A stretch of 63,764 nt of DNA, filler included, from Basidioascus undulatus (Eukaryota), in assembly GCA_000826855.1 (NCBI GenBank). It is 6 parts of 6 records of this genome, joined end to end, with 100 filler letters (N's around TTAATTAATTAA, not from the genome) between each part and the next. Parts side by side here need not be neighbours in the genome. Positions count along the whole stretch, not along the records: positions 26,876 to 53,951 come from JTLS01000171.1; positions 54,052 to 63,764 come from JTLS01001710.1; 4 more parts are not named here. The stretch is one strand, 5' to 3'. A model generated the notes under the pieces. That model did no database searches. It worked only from the letters and a program-made list of their open reading frames with translations, and had not been told where the DNA came from. The translations under genes and the position numbers were made by a program. Below are positions 50,101 through 61,578 of this stretch, one piece after another (the first letter of the stretch is position 1; each line of letters starts with the position of its first letter).

Positions 50101-52240
50101 AAGGAGAGGACTTCGATGGGCAGCCCGGAGGACGCACTGCCCGTTATGTCCTTCAGGGAATACTCGACACGGTCCGCGACGGTCGACATGGACGACTCGA
50201 GCCCGCCGTTGAGGACGCGGACGAGCTCGCGCAGAAGCCCGAAAGATGCGAGCCGCGTCGGCACAGACTTATCGCCCAGCTGCTTGAGGACGGCCTTGAC
50301 GAGCGCGGGGGCCTGGGTGCGGAGAATGCCCAACGGCGTCCTACATCGCCCAATGCATCAGTTCCTATACTCTGCAGTGAGATGACAGCAGCGGACTCAC
50401 TGCTCCTCGATCCCCTCCATCGCCGCCTCCTCTCGCTTGCGCTTGAGCGACCCCACGCTCGCGTCGACCTCGCTCGCCTGCGCCGCGCCGCCGTACACGC
50501 GCGTCTGGCGCAGGATCGTCGTGACCGTTGCAAAGACTTCGAGGCGGACGCTTTCCTCGCGCTCAGACAGGCGCGAGATGAGCGTCGGCACGACGTCGCG
50601 GTAGAAGACGGTCAGGAGCTCCGGGCGCGTCGAGGCGAGCGCGGAGAGCGTTTTGGCCGCCGCGCGCCGGACCTTCCACGCCACGTCGTCGTCGTCGGTG
50701 TACTGCTCCTCTTCCTCTTCCTCCTCGTCTTCCCCCTCGTCCATCTCTTCGTCATCGTCGTCCATCGCCACGTAGTTCTGTGTTCCGCGCGAAAGTCAGC
50801 TGGCACCCGAGCTAGTAGGCGGGCGGGCCACGCACAGGGTCGTGCTGTACAAGCGCCACAGAGCTCTTGATGATGCTTGTGATGAAAGGCGTGATCTCCG
50901 AGGGACACTTGTAGATGAGTACCTCGTAGGTCTAACCCAATCTCAGCCATCAGCATCCACCTTATGCCAGTTTGGTTGTATCCCCGGCCTACGAACCTGC
51001 AGACAGATCTCCCTCAAGTCGTCATCCTCCGTCTCGATCGCCTCCCCGACCTTCGGCAGCGCCTGGTTGAAGAGCGTGGCCGTCCGCTGCGGGGTGTAGC
51101 GCGCGACGTTCCCGAGAAGCTGGATGATGGAGCGCAGATGCTCCGTGTTGTCCGACTCGAGCTCGGTCGTGATGAACTTTGCGAGCTGGCCGAACGCCTC
51201 ATCAGACGCGGAGCCGATCAGGTTGCCTGGAAAAAGCATGCGTGAGCTTAGAACGCTTGGACTCTGCGGGAAAAAAAGAGCAGGCGAAAAAAGGCACCGA
51301 TGGTGGCGATGGCGCGCTTGCGGACGGCGGCACGGTTGTGCGAGAGGGCGGGGAAGAGGGCGGTCAGGGTTGTGGATTGCAGGGCGGTGTCCTTGGAGAC
51401 GATGGACTGGAAGCGCTGGAAGAGCTCGCCGAGGACTTCGAGCGTCTCGATAAGGAGTTCGGCGGAGGAGGCGGTCTGCAGCGGGGTGGCGCGATCGAGG
51501 TCAATAAGACACTAATTTCAGGAAAAGCTGAGATCTCTGCGCACTTGTCCGAGCTGAGCGACCAGCCGCGGCGCCAGCTTCTCTGTCACGATCTCGGCGA
51601 GCGTGGACGAGGTCGGGATTTCAACGACGACCGTCTTGAGGCCTGCCGAGCCGCCGCCGGAATGCCTTCAGCCTGCCTTCGCACACGTGACACAAGAAGA
51701 ATGAAGACAGACCCAAAGACGCAATATCCCTCAATTCCTCCTCCTTGCTCCCCAACAGCGCAATGAGCTTGTCCACGACCGCCTGGAGCTGCCTCACGCG
51801 AGCGCGCTTGACGAGCACACCGATGCTGCGTTTCGCCGTGTTTTCAGCCACACCTCCCTTGTCTTAACTGGAATTCTGAAAGATATAAACACTCACCACT
51901 TGACAGCCTGGTTCTTGACCTCGCTGTTGACGTCCTCGAGGCGCCCAAGGACAGCCTCGATCGTCTTGGCCTCGACGGTCTCGTCGAGGCTGAAGTTGGG
52001 CTTCTTCGCCTCGGCCATCAAATCGTTGAGGGCCCTAATCACGCAAATTCAGCGTCCTGTCCTTGTGTTTCCTCAACGACCAAGATAAACTCACATGAAC
52101 CTGTTCAAGCCCAGCTCTTCCAGTCAGTGAGCCTTCCCCTCCCCCCTGCCTTTATTGGATTCGACTTGCCTGTAATCGGCGTCGACATTGCGGAGACGAT
52201 TCAAAGCATCACTGACGACTCCGTATGCGCCGGACGACAT
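47160..52240 (-). CDS. CAND1: Cullin-associated NEDD8-dissociated protein 1 (TIP120)
   Basis: DADYR|FM|ALNDL, EDVNSEVKNQAVK, EELRDIASLG, YTDDDDVAWKVRRAAAK, SEREESVRLEVF, TRNVAAECLGK, GPFKEKIDDGLDIRKIAFETMYTL; last exon EFRVLRGGASGEAMEAD*. Confidence 0.97.
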
Positions 52241-52655
52241 TGTTGTAGAAAATATGGGATGCGGAAAGAGAATGTGTGAGCGGGAGCAGGAGCGGATGGG
52301 TGCAAGGAGGTTGGGCTGTCGCGACGCGTGGGTCTGGCTGACGCAATTAAGCTGACGCGCCCTCTAGAAGCCACATATTGGCAAATAAGAATTAGCCATG
52401 CCCGTCTCTGATCATAGTGGTAAAATATTTCCTTGCATTTATCATTAGGTTTTGTAGACCTGATCCGAAGGTAAGCAGGGTCGGCACCGCGCCATACAGC
52501 CCGACGCGAGCGATACAGTCTGTGCATGACCGGGCCTCGTCCACTTGCATCCGGGGACAACGCTACGGCTGTACATTTTCTATAAAGTTCCTTCCGAGAT
52601 CCGAATCAGGCTGTGCTGTAGGTAGCGATGGTCATCGTCGGGAAGCGGCACGGCC

Positions 52656-53951
52656 ATGACGGTGGCGACGGCTGTCGAAAGAGCAAGCTCCAGTGAACAC
52701 ACAGTGTGGACACTGCGCTTGGTGCCTTTGGGTGCCTCGCTTGAGTCGCTACTCGCTTCGCATCCAACGAGCCCGTTCATCCATCGCCTTCGCCGGGCCC
52801 TGACTGAACTCCATCCCCTTGCACCCCGATCGAACCCCAAATCCAAAACTCACTCTGAGCTCCCCATCGCCAACGACCACGACGACGCGCTCGGCGGAGA
52901 CGTACAAGTCATGCAGGTGTATCAGCCTCCAGGCTCCTCCGACATCTTCTACATCAACCACCTCCAGTCCACGAACGACCACTACCCCCCGCAACCGCCC
53001 ATGCTCCCTTGCAGGCGCGGACGTCCTCCGCGGGGGGTAAAGGCTGAGCCAGAGGAGGAGGAGGACGCGGACGCGGGGGCAAGGGAGCGCAGCTCGACCC
53101 CGCCCCCTTTCTTGCCAGGCACGCATACCTACAACAGCGGTATGTTTCCCTCCGCCATGTCTGCGCGCAGGGGAAGGCTGAAGGGGATCTCTGGGCGGCG
53201 ACAGAGGAGCTGCAGCACCAGCTGACGCAGATGGAGAAGCTCTGGTGCGGCCCCCTTCCACCTCTGCCCCTTCCGCCCCTTCCAGCGCGCTGACGAGTCC
53301 GACTATGCAGGCTCGTCGAGAAACAGGTATTGTCGTATAGCGTGCCTTCTAGCGCCGGAAGCATTCTGACTGGCCTGTGCGGATACAGCAAGAGAACATC
53401 CTGATGGAGAACTGGGAGCAGATCGAGCGACAGGTGCGCCCGCTTGTTTCTCTCCCGCTTCCCCTTACCCTTTCCCCTGCCGCTGCCGTGCTCATGCCTC
53501 ATCGCTTCCGCTCCCGCCCCGTCACAGATGGAGCGCGAATTCAACAAGCGCCATTTTGGCATGCAGTTCCGCGCACACAGCGCAGATACCATCCGGCTCG
53601 CGACGACTTCCGAGTCCGGCCACACCCCCTTCCGCCTCCTCTCTTCCACTACCGCTGAAAGGTCCCCCGGTCCGCGCAGCTGGTTTGCAGCGATGATCGC
53701 TTCCATGCTCTCCGGCAACCCCGTCGGGCCCGCCGCATCCTCATCAAGCAGACACCGCGCGACCGCCTCCGCCTCGCGCTCCATATCCCCCAACAACGCG
53801 TCCGCGTCCACCTTCGCCGCCCCCAAGCGCAAGCGCACCCCGCGCCCCCGCCCATCCGGTAGCACCGCCGAGCGTGTGCCTCTCTCCCAGCATCTTCCTC
53901 ATCTCCCCAGCTCACCTCTCCCCTCCCCCACCGCACAGTTTCCCCCTCCCC
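52656..53951 (+). CDS. Hypothetical nuclear protein with AT-hook-like motif, 3' partial
   Basis: Long GC3-rich ORF with RRGRPPR and VKAEPEEEE; later exons ENILMENWEQIERQ|MEREFNKRHFG..PKRKR; truncated at the spacer. Confidence 0.6.
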
Positions 53952-54051
53952 NNNNNNNNNNNNNNNNNNNNNNNNNNNNNNNNNNNNNNNNNNNNTTAAT
54001 TAATTAANNNNNNNNNNNNNNNNNNNNNNNNNNNNNNNNNNNNNNNNNNNN
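53952..54051. other. Artificial contig-joining spacer
   Basis: 44 N + TTAATTAATTAA + 44 N. Confidence 0.99.
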
Positions 54052-55020
54052 GCCAGCTCTCGCTCTCCTACTCTTCTCCGCCCCTTGCGCCAACAGGCTC
54101 TTCTGCTGCCCGCCCGCCCGGTCCCGCTCCAGCCATGCCGCGCGCTCCTTCTCCCACTCCTCGCCCTCCTCCTGTTCCGGCGCCACCACGACGCCTCCCC
54201 CCACCCTCTCGCCCTTCCACCCCGCCCACGGCCCGACGTACGCTCCCTCGCCCTCCACCACGTCCAGACTGCCCTTCGACTCGCGCGAGTCCCCAAACCG
54301 CGCCTTTGCAGCGCGCTTCGCCGCAGCTCCGCCCATCTCGTATGGGTTCTGGAAATTGTTCGCGGCGGCGGCAAAGACATCGCCGATGAAGGCGTCCTGG
54401 CCCGCGGCGGGACCTCCGAGTGTGGAGGGATTCCGGGCGTAGCCGAGCATGTCAAATGACCGCTGTTGCGATCGGAAGTCGAAGTCGCTCATAGTCTGCT
54501 CCTCGACGTGGCCTGAACAGCAAGAACGCGTGAGCTACCTTCCCAGCCGCACCCTGGTCGGACGAGCTCGAGGCGTACCGGCAAGCGTGTTCTGCCCCTT
54601 GATCCGCTTCTCCCCAAACGGATCCTGCGGCCCGTACTCCGGCATGGTCATGTCAGCGTAGGGAACGTTGACGTTCATGAGCGTGTCCGTTGGCCGCATG
54701 ATTAGCGACTGAGAGTGATGAGCCTGCAAGCGCCATGAAGCTCAGGGGTCAGCCACCTCGAGCATGGGTTCGGTATAGGAAGCTCGACGCACCTCGTTGA
54801 TCACGTCCGGTGCCGCCTGCACCTCGCCAGGAGCCTGCCCCCGAGTGCGCTTCCCCAGCACGTTCTTCGATGAGCTTGCGCTCGCGCGGGCGAGACCGAA
54901 CGCGTCCTCGGCGTTGAAGTCGTCCTCGCCGTCGTCCCCGGCAGTTGGCGCTGAGGTGGCGGCAGAGTCCTCGACATCTGAGGCGGACTCGTATTCGGAA
55001 ATGAGAGGTTGGGCTAGCAT
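54052..55020 (-). CDS. PRP17: Pre-mRNA-processing factor 17 (Cdc40), 3' partial
   Basis: AAPDV, MNVNVPYADMTMPEYGPQDPF, QNTLA|GHVEE, FRSQQRSFDMLGYARNPS, YVGPWAGW; the WD40 part is beyond the contig end. Confidence 0.9.
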
Positions 55021-55341
55021 GGCGGTATGAAGATGAGAGTAATGTGGAGAGGCTTCTCATGCCCAACCTCCACGGCGAACGGCTAGGTTAGGTTTTGCCA
55101 CTTCACGTGCGGCCCTCCAGCTCTCCCTCAGGTACTTACCAGCAAACCAGTGATTTCCAATATTTCACCCCAATTAGCCTTACGACGTTCTGAGTGTTGT
55201 GGAACAAGAGTGATCTGCAAAGGACAGGCAACCAGCCTCCTCTCTGCAACACAAAATGCTGCCGCTCATGATGATGTATCCCTCCACTTTCCCTCGTCGT
55301 ACAATTTCTGCACGCCCCCATCGTTTAGGAGACCAATCACC

Positions 55342-57160
55342 ATGGATAAACCCACCATTTCTTTCGACCCCGCAGCAGCAGCCGCTCAAGCGGCCATGCT
55401 CGCCCACCTGGCTGTCAAAATGAAGGGCCCTTGGCTCCTCGGCGGGCTGTTCAGCGTCCTACTCTTCGGGTGGTTCGTCACATCCACCTTCCATTTCATT
55501 CGTGGTGCGTATGTATCTTCAGAAGGAAGCACGGCGGCTAGTTGATAGGGAGGAGGGGGCAGACTACCCAAGCGATCGCTTCTTCATCCTGTTGCTGTTA
55601 TGGCTGCTGGTTCTTTCGAGATCAGACTGGTGGGAAACGGGGCATGGGTCTCAGTATGAGAAAGGCTGATCACTTGGGGGTTCTTCAGCGCTTATTTCGC
55701 TCTCGAATGCGTTATAATGTGGACGCTCTTCGTCGAGAACAGTGCGTTCACTTTCATTAATCCGTTCCTTCGCCGACATAATTTCGCATCCCTGGCTCTT
55801 CCGAAAAGAGATCAGCGACATATGGGCCAGCTATGTTACCATGATATTCTTCGCCGGAATGACCACCCCAGTCCAGGTGTGTCATGACATCTCGCAGCAC
55901 CGACTCCCAGACGCACGGCTGAGAACGTTGTTCTTCAATCTAGGCTGTTTACGCCTATCGTTGTTGGAGGGTATGGCCGATTTCCATTTAGGGCGCCATC
56001 TCCAGGTATCTGACTGTCTAACTTTCCCACTGCAGGTCTTGAAGCGCAACGTCGTCCCAGGCATCGGCTTGGGGTGCGGTGTTCGCCTGCCTGGCTTTCC
56101 TGCTAGCCTGTGCCATTTACGGGTTCATGCCATCGAAAGTGGGTCACGCCAGAATACAGACGCTGTGTCCGGTATGTTGATTTTTCTCCTGACAGAACTA
56201 CGTGTTGTCGAGCAACACCGGTTTTGTTTGGGCGACGCAGGCACCTTCATCTCTGCCCTCGGTACGTCGTCTCGTCACTCAAAAGTGAGGATTTGCTGAA
56301 CTGAATGCCTCTTACAGTGGTGGACGCGACAGTCTCTTCGTTGATGGTCTGGAATCCGTACCTCTCGCGGACTGGTTTCGAGAAAACCGTAAGTCACCGA
56401 ACTATGGTCCCTCGCTCTCACCCGCGATTGTCTGCTGATCGAACGTTGGTGTCGCAGAATGGTGTACTCTGTAAGTATTTACGATCTCACGGAATTACTC
56501 AGACTGAAGCTCGCTCCCTCAGATGGCCTGATCCGCATCACAATTGAGTGTGCCTTCGCCATGACCATCTGCGCTCTGATGCAACTCACGCTGTCAGCGA
56601 ACGTCTGGTCTTACCGTTCCTCCCTCTGCAGCATCATGCGAAACAAGAATCAGGCTTGTGAGTAGACTGCCTGAACTCCGCTTTAGTTTGAACGTCTGAC
56701 ACCCTCCGCTTAGACGCGGCATTCGCCCAACCCTTTGCAACAATCTATGTCTGCACGCTCGTATACACCCTTTCCTGGTGCCCATATTCCAGGCCTCCAT
56801 GCTTCATCCGGCCATTCTCATGAAGATATCTCTGTCAGTCGAACCGACTTCCGCAACATGCTCAACAGCCAAACATCCACGCTTCACGCTTCGCAGTCGG
56901 CCGGTCCGAGGGGGAACATTCTCTTCAGTCCGCGTGGCAAAGTTCGTGTTCGAAATTGGCTCTCGTTATTCCATGTGCTGGCTGAATTTCTAACAGTTTT
57001 GCGGATTTGAGGCGCACGAGTTGCGGGGGGGCATCAGTATCTCGCGAGACGTCCAGGTTGAGACCGACACGCTACCGCCGCGCCGATCCACCGAAAATGT
57101 AAGATGTTGTTCCCCCTTTTATTTTTCCTTCAAGCTGACTCGCTGTGTCTCAATCTCCNC
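55342..57160 (+). pseudogene. DUF6534-type basidiomycete multi-TM protein gene, frameshifted
   Basis: GPWLLGGLFSVLLFG, YPSDRFFILLLLWLL, VQ|AVYAYRCWR, DATVSSLMVW..SRTGFEKT, LIRITIECAFAMT. Frame changes near 56078 and 56235 are needed to keep the TM helices; the last TM seems to be missing. Confidence 0.6.
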
Positions 57161-60100
57161 CCCCCCTTCGCCGCATCTACACAGAGCCGAGATACAGTCG
57201 TTTGATACTTTGTCTTTGAAGGTTTTGTTACTCCAGGTAGGTATCGTTCAACTTGTTAAAATCCTGTGAGTTTAGTACGTACTGTTGAGCTCTCGCACGA
57301 TGGGAAGGAGGTGAAAGGCAATCATGATGGAATACAACTCGGAGGTCTCAGCTGCGCTCTGGTGTTCTTTTCGATACTCTCCTTACAAAGTAGGTGTGCC
57401 CCTTTGTAATCTCTGTGCTACTCCGTTCTGATGAAGCGTAATACACTACAGATACAAAGCAGGCTGGGAAGGCCAGATCGAGGCAAGGATGCGGTGCGTG
57501 AGTGTGTTTGTCAAAATGGCGGTCGACAATCAACGATCAACTGCAGACTACAGCTTGGTGCCCATCTCGAGATCATTGCCTTCGACCGGAGATTTTCCTT
57601 GAATTCCTTGGGGTCCCTTCGAGCTGTATGAAAGAGACGGCCCATGAGTCTGTCGGCACATCAGATCGAATCGGACACGAAAAGGTAGAGCAATCACTTG
57701 TCAAGCACGTTGAATCCACCAACTGTCATTCGCTTCTCGATGAATGCTAGTCATGCGTTCCAAATACATGCACTCTGGTTCAATTGGAACATGAGTAGCT
57801 CGCGGCTAACATTGTCGACAAACCCGCGTAAAGCAACGCAAAGCAATCAAGCTGTCGGGGTGTGTCGGCCCAATCACAATCGATGCCCGTATCGCTGGAA
57901 GTTTTCTCTGATACTTCTCTGGCTGTCTATCGATTCCCGGAGGCCAGTCTCGGCCAAGAGGAATATCGCGAAGGTTGCAAGTGGCAGGAGAAGCAGAATC
58001 CGGCGGGGCACTGAGCTTTGGAAGCTCGTCGTACCGGCACTAGCTTTGCTTGAATAGATAGAATTGGGTTGAATGCGACGGACCTGGACATGCCGTGGTC
58101 AGTTTAGATTGAGAATTACTGACGGAGAACAGCAGCGGTGAACGTGAAGCACCTGATGCCGGCGTAGACTGTCCTGTGAGAAACAGGTCATGGGACCTAT
58201 GGCGTCAGATAATGTTCCTATGGCCGGTTTCTTTTGTAAAGATCTCTCACTGTGAGACCATGAAGAGCGGCACCAGCCATGCAGCGTTGTTGGCGAAGAA
58301 CCCCGTACACGTCCATCACCACGGCCGGGGCGATACCCTATCGATCGACTGCGATGGTCAGGACTCCAACTGTCCAGAGCGAAGTCTCCCTACCCGAGGA
58401 GGGGAAAAATTTACAAAGAAGTTGGCCAAATCCAGGAACCTATCGGGCGCTGCGCTGTTGTCAACGTTCTCGTCCGATTGCCGCTGTGGGTACACTGAGA
58501 CGTCAATATGCTCATGAAGTCAGAAAGAACGCTGCTCACCGCGCGTCGCAAACATGACCACCGCTAGTACGAGCACGACCACGCGGGCGAGCTCGTGCTC
58601 GACCGTTGAGGAGCCCCGTCGCAGCTCCATGATGACGGTAGGGAGACAGAGGAAATGCACAAGATAGAATGTCCAGCCTGAAATGAAAGTAGTTGATGAA
58701 CTTGGATGTCATAAGGGAGCAGCGCTCTGCAGAGATAAGAGTAGAAGCGCACCGGCGGACATGCTGGCCATCAGGTCGGGCTCAGCCTTGCGCTGCGTCC
58801 AACCCCGCTTCTTCACCGATCTGTCGATAGCGTGGATGACGCTTGCCTAGAACCGATTGCATGGCCCACCATCTGTAAGCCCCTCTAACACAATCCGCAA
58901 ATGTGAGGGTTCCGGCAGTCGACGTACGAGCAGCCCTTTCGTCCCTTTGCCACCCTTCATCTTGCGCGTGTCATTGTCCGGACCCCCCATGAGCTTGAAA
59001 CCCAAACAACGACGAAGATGAGGTTGAATAGAAAGAAGTAACAACGGCCTAGTTGAGACGGAGACGCTCAACCAGTAGGAAACACCACCGCCGAAGAGCG
59101 TGAGCGGGTCGAGGGCGATGGGGCCAGTGCTGGAAGAGGTGATGTTGGTGGAGTTTGAGAGGGAAAGCAAGATTCTGTCCTCCAGAAGAGCAGTGGTAGA
59201 AGCGTTGAAGACGGGCAACCTTGTGGTGGAACAGACCCGGGTTGGGTGGGTGATGCGAGTGGTCAAGCAAGGAGTGTCGAAGGATACAGCGCCCTTTATG
59301 AACCCTCCTGGTACCAAGAGCAAAACAATACTCGAGCAAGCCTAAGACCATTCGGAAGCAACACTGGGGTGCGTGAGCTGCCAGTGCGAGCTACGCTGCC
59401 TGGAGAGGGACTACACCTCCGTCACGAGCACAGAGGCTCCGTGCTAATGCACCGCTCAGAGAATATGTCAAACGGAACCTGGTGTGAGATCTTCTGGACG
59501 TGCTTTACCACATTGCAGGGCGTGTCTAGGAAGCTGGAAAAACTGACGAGGGGCTGTTGTTTGAACTAATCACAGCAAACGGCAATCTAGTCGCTTCATG
59601 CACCAAAACAAGCATAAACTCACCAGTTCTGATTAGTGTAAATTGTGACACTATTAAATGGGGGCTCGTGGTCCCGTCTGTAAACATCGAAAACCTTTTA
59701 TTTAGTTCGACAGTGCTTTTTGGAAGCGAGCAAGCGAGATGGCAGACAGGCACCCAAGCAAATGGAGCACGATCAAGTCCTGATGATAGCACATCTACAA
59801 TGGCCTGTGTAATTTTCCGAAGTGCTTTCCCAAAGATCGGCACCCGCACACTCCACCTGACCAAACCAAAACAGATGAGCTCACCCATCATGGCTCGCTC
59901 CTTTCTCCTTCCTTACATCCCCTGCCCTCCCTTTCCCCAACCTTACAAGAATGGCGATAATCAACCCTTTCTCCCGCTATTCGCCCATCCTCCTATCCAC
60001 AGCGCCGAATACATGGAGTCGACCTCTTCACCGAAGTCGATATTCCCGCTGTTGCTGCAGGGGAATGCGTGATCCCCACCGGCGAACACCACTGTAGCCC

Positions 60101-60302
60101 CAACCATGGCGATTTGATGATGATTGAGCATGGTGATTACATGGTGATGGTGATGGTGCTTTCATGGTGTTTTGATGGTGATTTTTCACAGGTCGTGCAA
60201 GTGATTTCATGTTAATATCATGGTGATATGATGTTGAAAGATGGTGAAAGGATGGTTGTGTCCAAGCAGCTTGAAGGCAAAAAATGGGTTTGCACATGAA
60301 CA

Positions 60303-60369
60303 GCCCAATTCTGGATTGGAACCCGCTTTCTTATCAACATTAGGCGCTAAACCACTGCACTATCAGGAC
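60303..60369 (-). pseudogene. Degenerate tRNA-like sequence (tRNA pseudogene or SINE head)
   Basis: Minus strand GTCCTGA-TA-GTGC-AGTGGTTTA-GCGC (A box, D stem), loop TTGATAA, GGGTTCCAATCC (B-box-like), TTGGGC end; T6 run ~18 nt downstream. The 3' strand of the anticodon stem is missing. Confidence 0.45.
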
Positions 60370-60824
60370 TGCTTGAGAGCTTTCTTTTCAATGCCACTAT
60401 ATCACTATAAAAGTGAAGACTTTCTTACCTGTTCTAGAGCGTGTCGAGTGCAAGTGCGATCGGATACGGGGGTCCGAAGTTGGGTTCCGATGGCGAGAAG
60501 AGTTAAGGAGTCCGGCAGATAGAAAGCGCATGGAGCGACAGAAGCAGGGCGCTCGGTCGATGATTGAGCGGCTGGGAAACCGTGTTTGATCGAGGAATGG
60601 AGCTGGTTAGTGGATGCGACAAGACGTTGGAAGTCGACAGCGCGCTCGACGAGGCGAGCTTTCGAAACGGAAAGAGAGGTACGCTGCCTTCTCATCACGA
60701 AACGTGTTCCGTCTAGGTGCTGTGCTTTGATCGTTCATGCGATAGTGGTACTGCACCCGGGGACCCTCTTTTCAGCAACGCGCACTCCCTCCGCGGACGT
60801 GTGTAGCAGACGCAGACGCACCAT

Positions 60825-61336
60825 TTACATCAAACCGGGAGCCCCACCGCCTTCGCACCCCAGAAAGCCTCATCAGCTTCCCTTTTCCCTATACCTTTCC
60901 TCCCAATCGCTAGGTGAATAGAAACGCACCTCCACCAGCAGCCTGCATCTTCTCCCCGACCTTCTTGTTCACCTGTCCCCCCGCCAGCCGGCTCCCTTCA
61001 GCATCGCACATTGGCATCAAGTCGGAAAGGAGTGGTGGCGCACCTCGAAGAACTTGCCGACGCAGCGGTCGATGCAGACGCCCTCGCCCTTGTTGAGGTC
61101 GGGCTCGGCGTACTTGTCGGAGATGCACTTGGCGTGGCAGGAGGAGACGAGGCGGTTCTGTTGCGGGGTGCAGCTTATCAGGGGGGAGGAGGGGGGGAAT
61201 TATCTGGTCTTGATGGTGATGGACGAACAAAGACATCAGTGATGAGGTCGAGCTCGTTCACGGCCATCTCGATCGCCTGTGGGTTGATGTTCTGCGACGC
61301 GCCAGCGCCCGCACCGGAGCCAAAGAGGAACGACAT
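60825..61336 (-). CDS. TIM10: Mitochondrial import inner membrane translocase subunit Tim10
   Basis: [62 protein letters not shown] (twin CX3C). Probable last exon GGGAPGLM*; the alternative unspliced stop is at 60910. Confidence 0.95.
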
Positions 61337-61578
61337 TCTGTGGGCAGCGACGGGATTAGAATATGGAATACATGTGTTTGGAGGAAGGAGTAGCCCGACT
61401 TTGTGAGATAGGTGAATGAAGGTGACGACGACGAGAGAAGACGCATGTCGAGCAAGGGAAGGCCCAGCTGCTGACGTAAGTAATCTCCGCTGATTTTTGA
61501 CCTTGATCCTCCTCCTTCTCGCTTGCCTGGCCTTCCTCGCCATCCACACGCTCATCCACGCTATCGCTATCCACAGCA

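Noticed and set aside
27851..52240. F-box, BTB and CAND1 on one contig as a cullin-ligase gene cluster
   Set aside because: F-box and BTB genes are abundant, both copies here are broken, and unrelated genes intervene; coincidence is sufficient.
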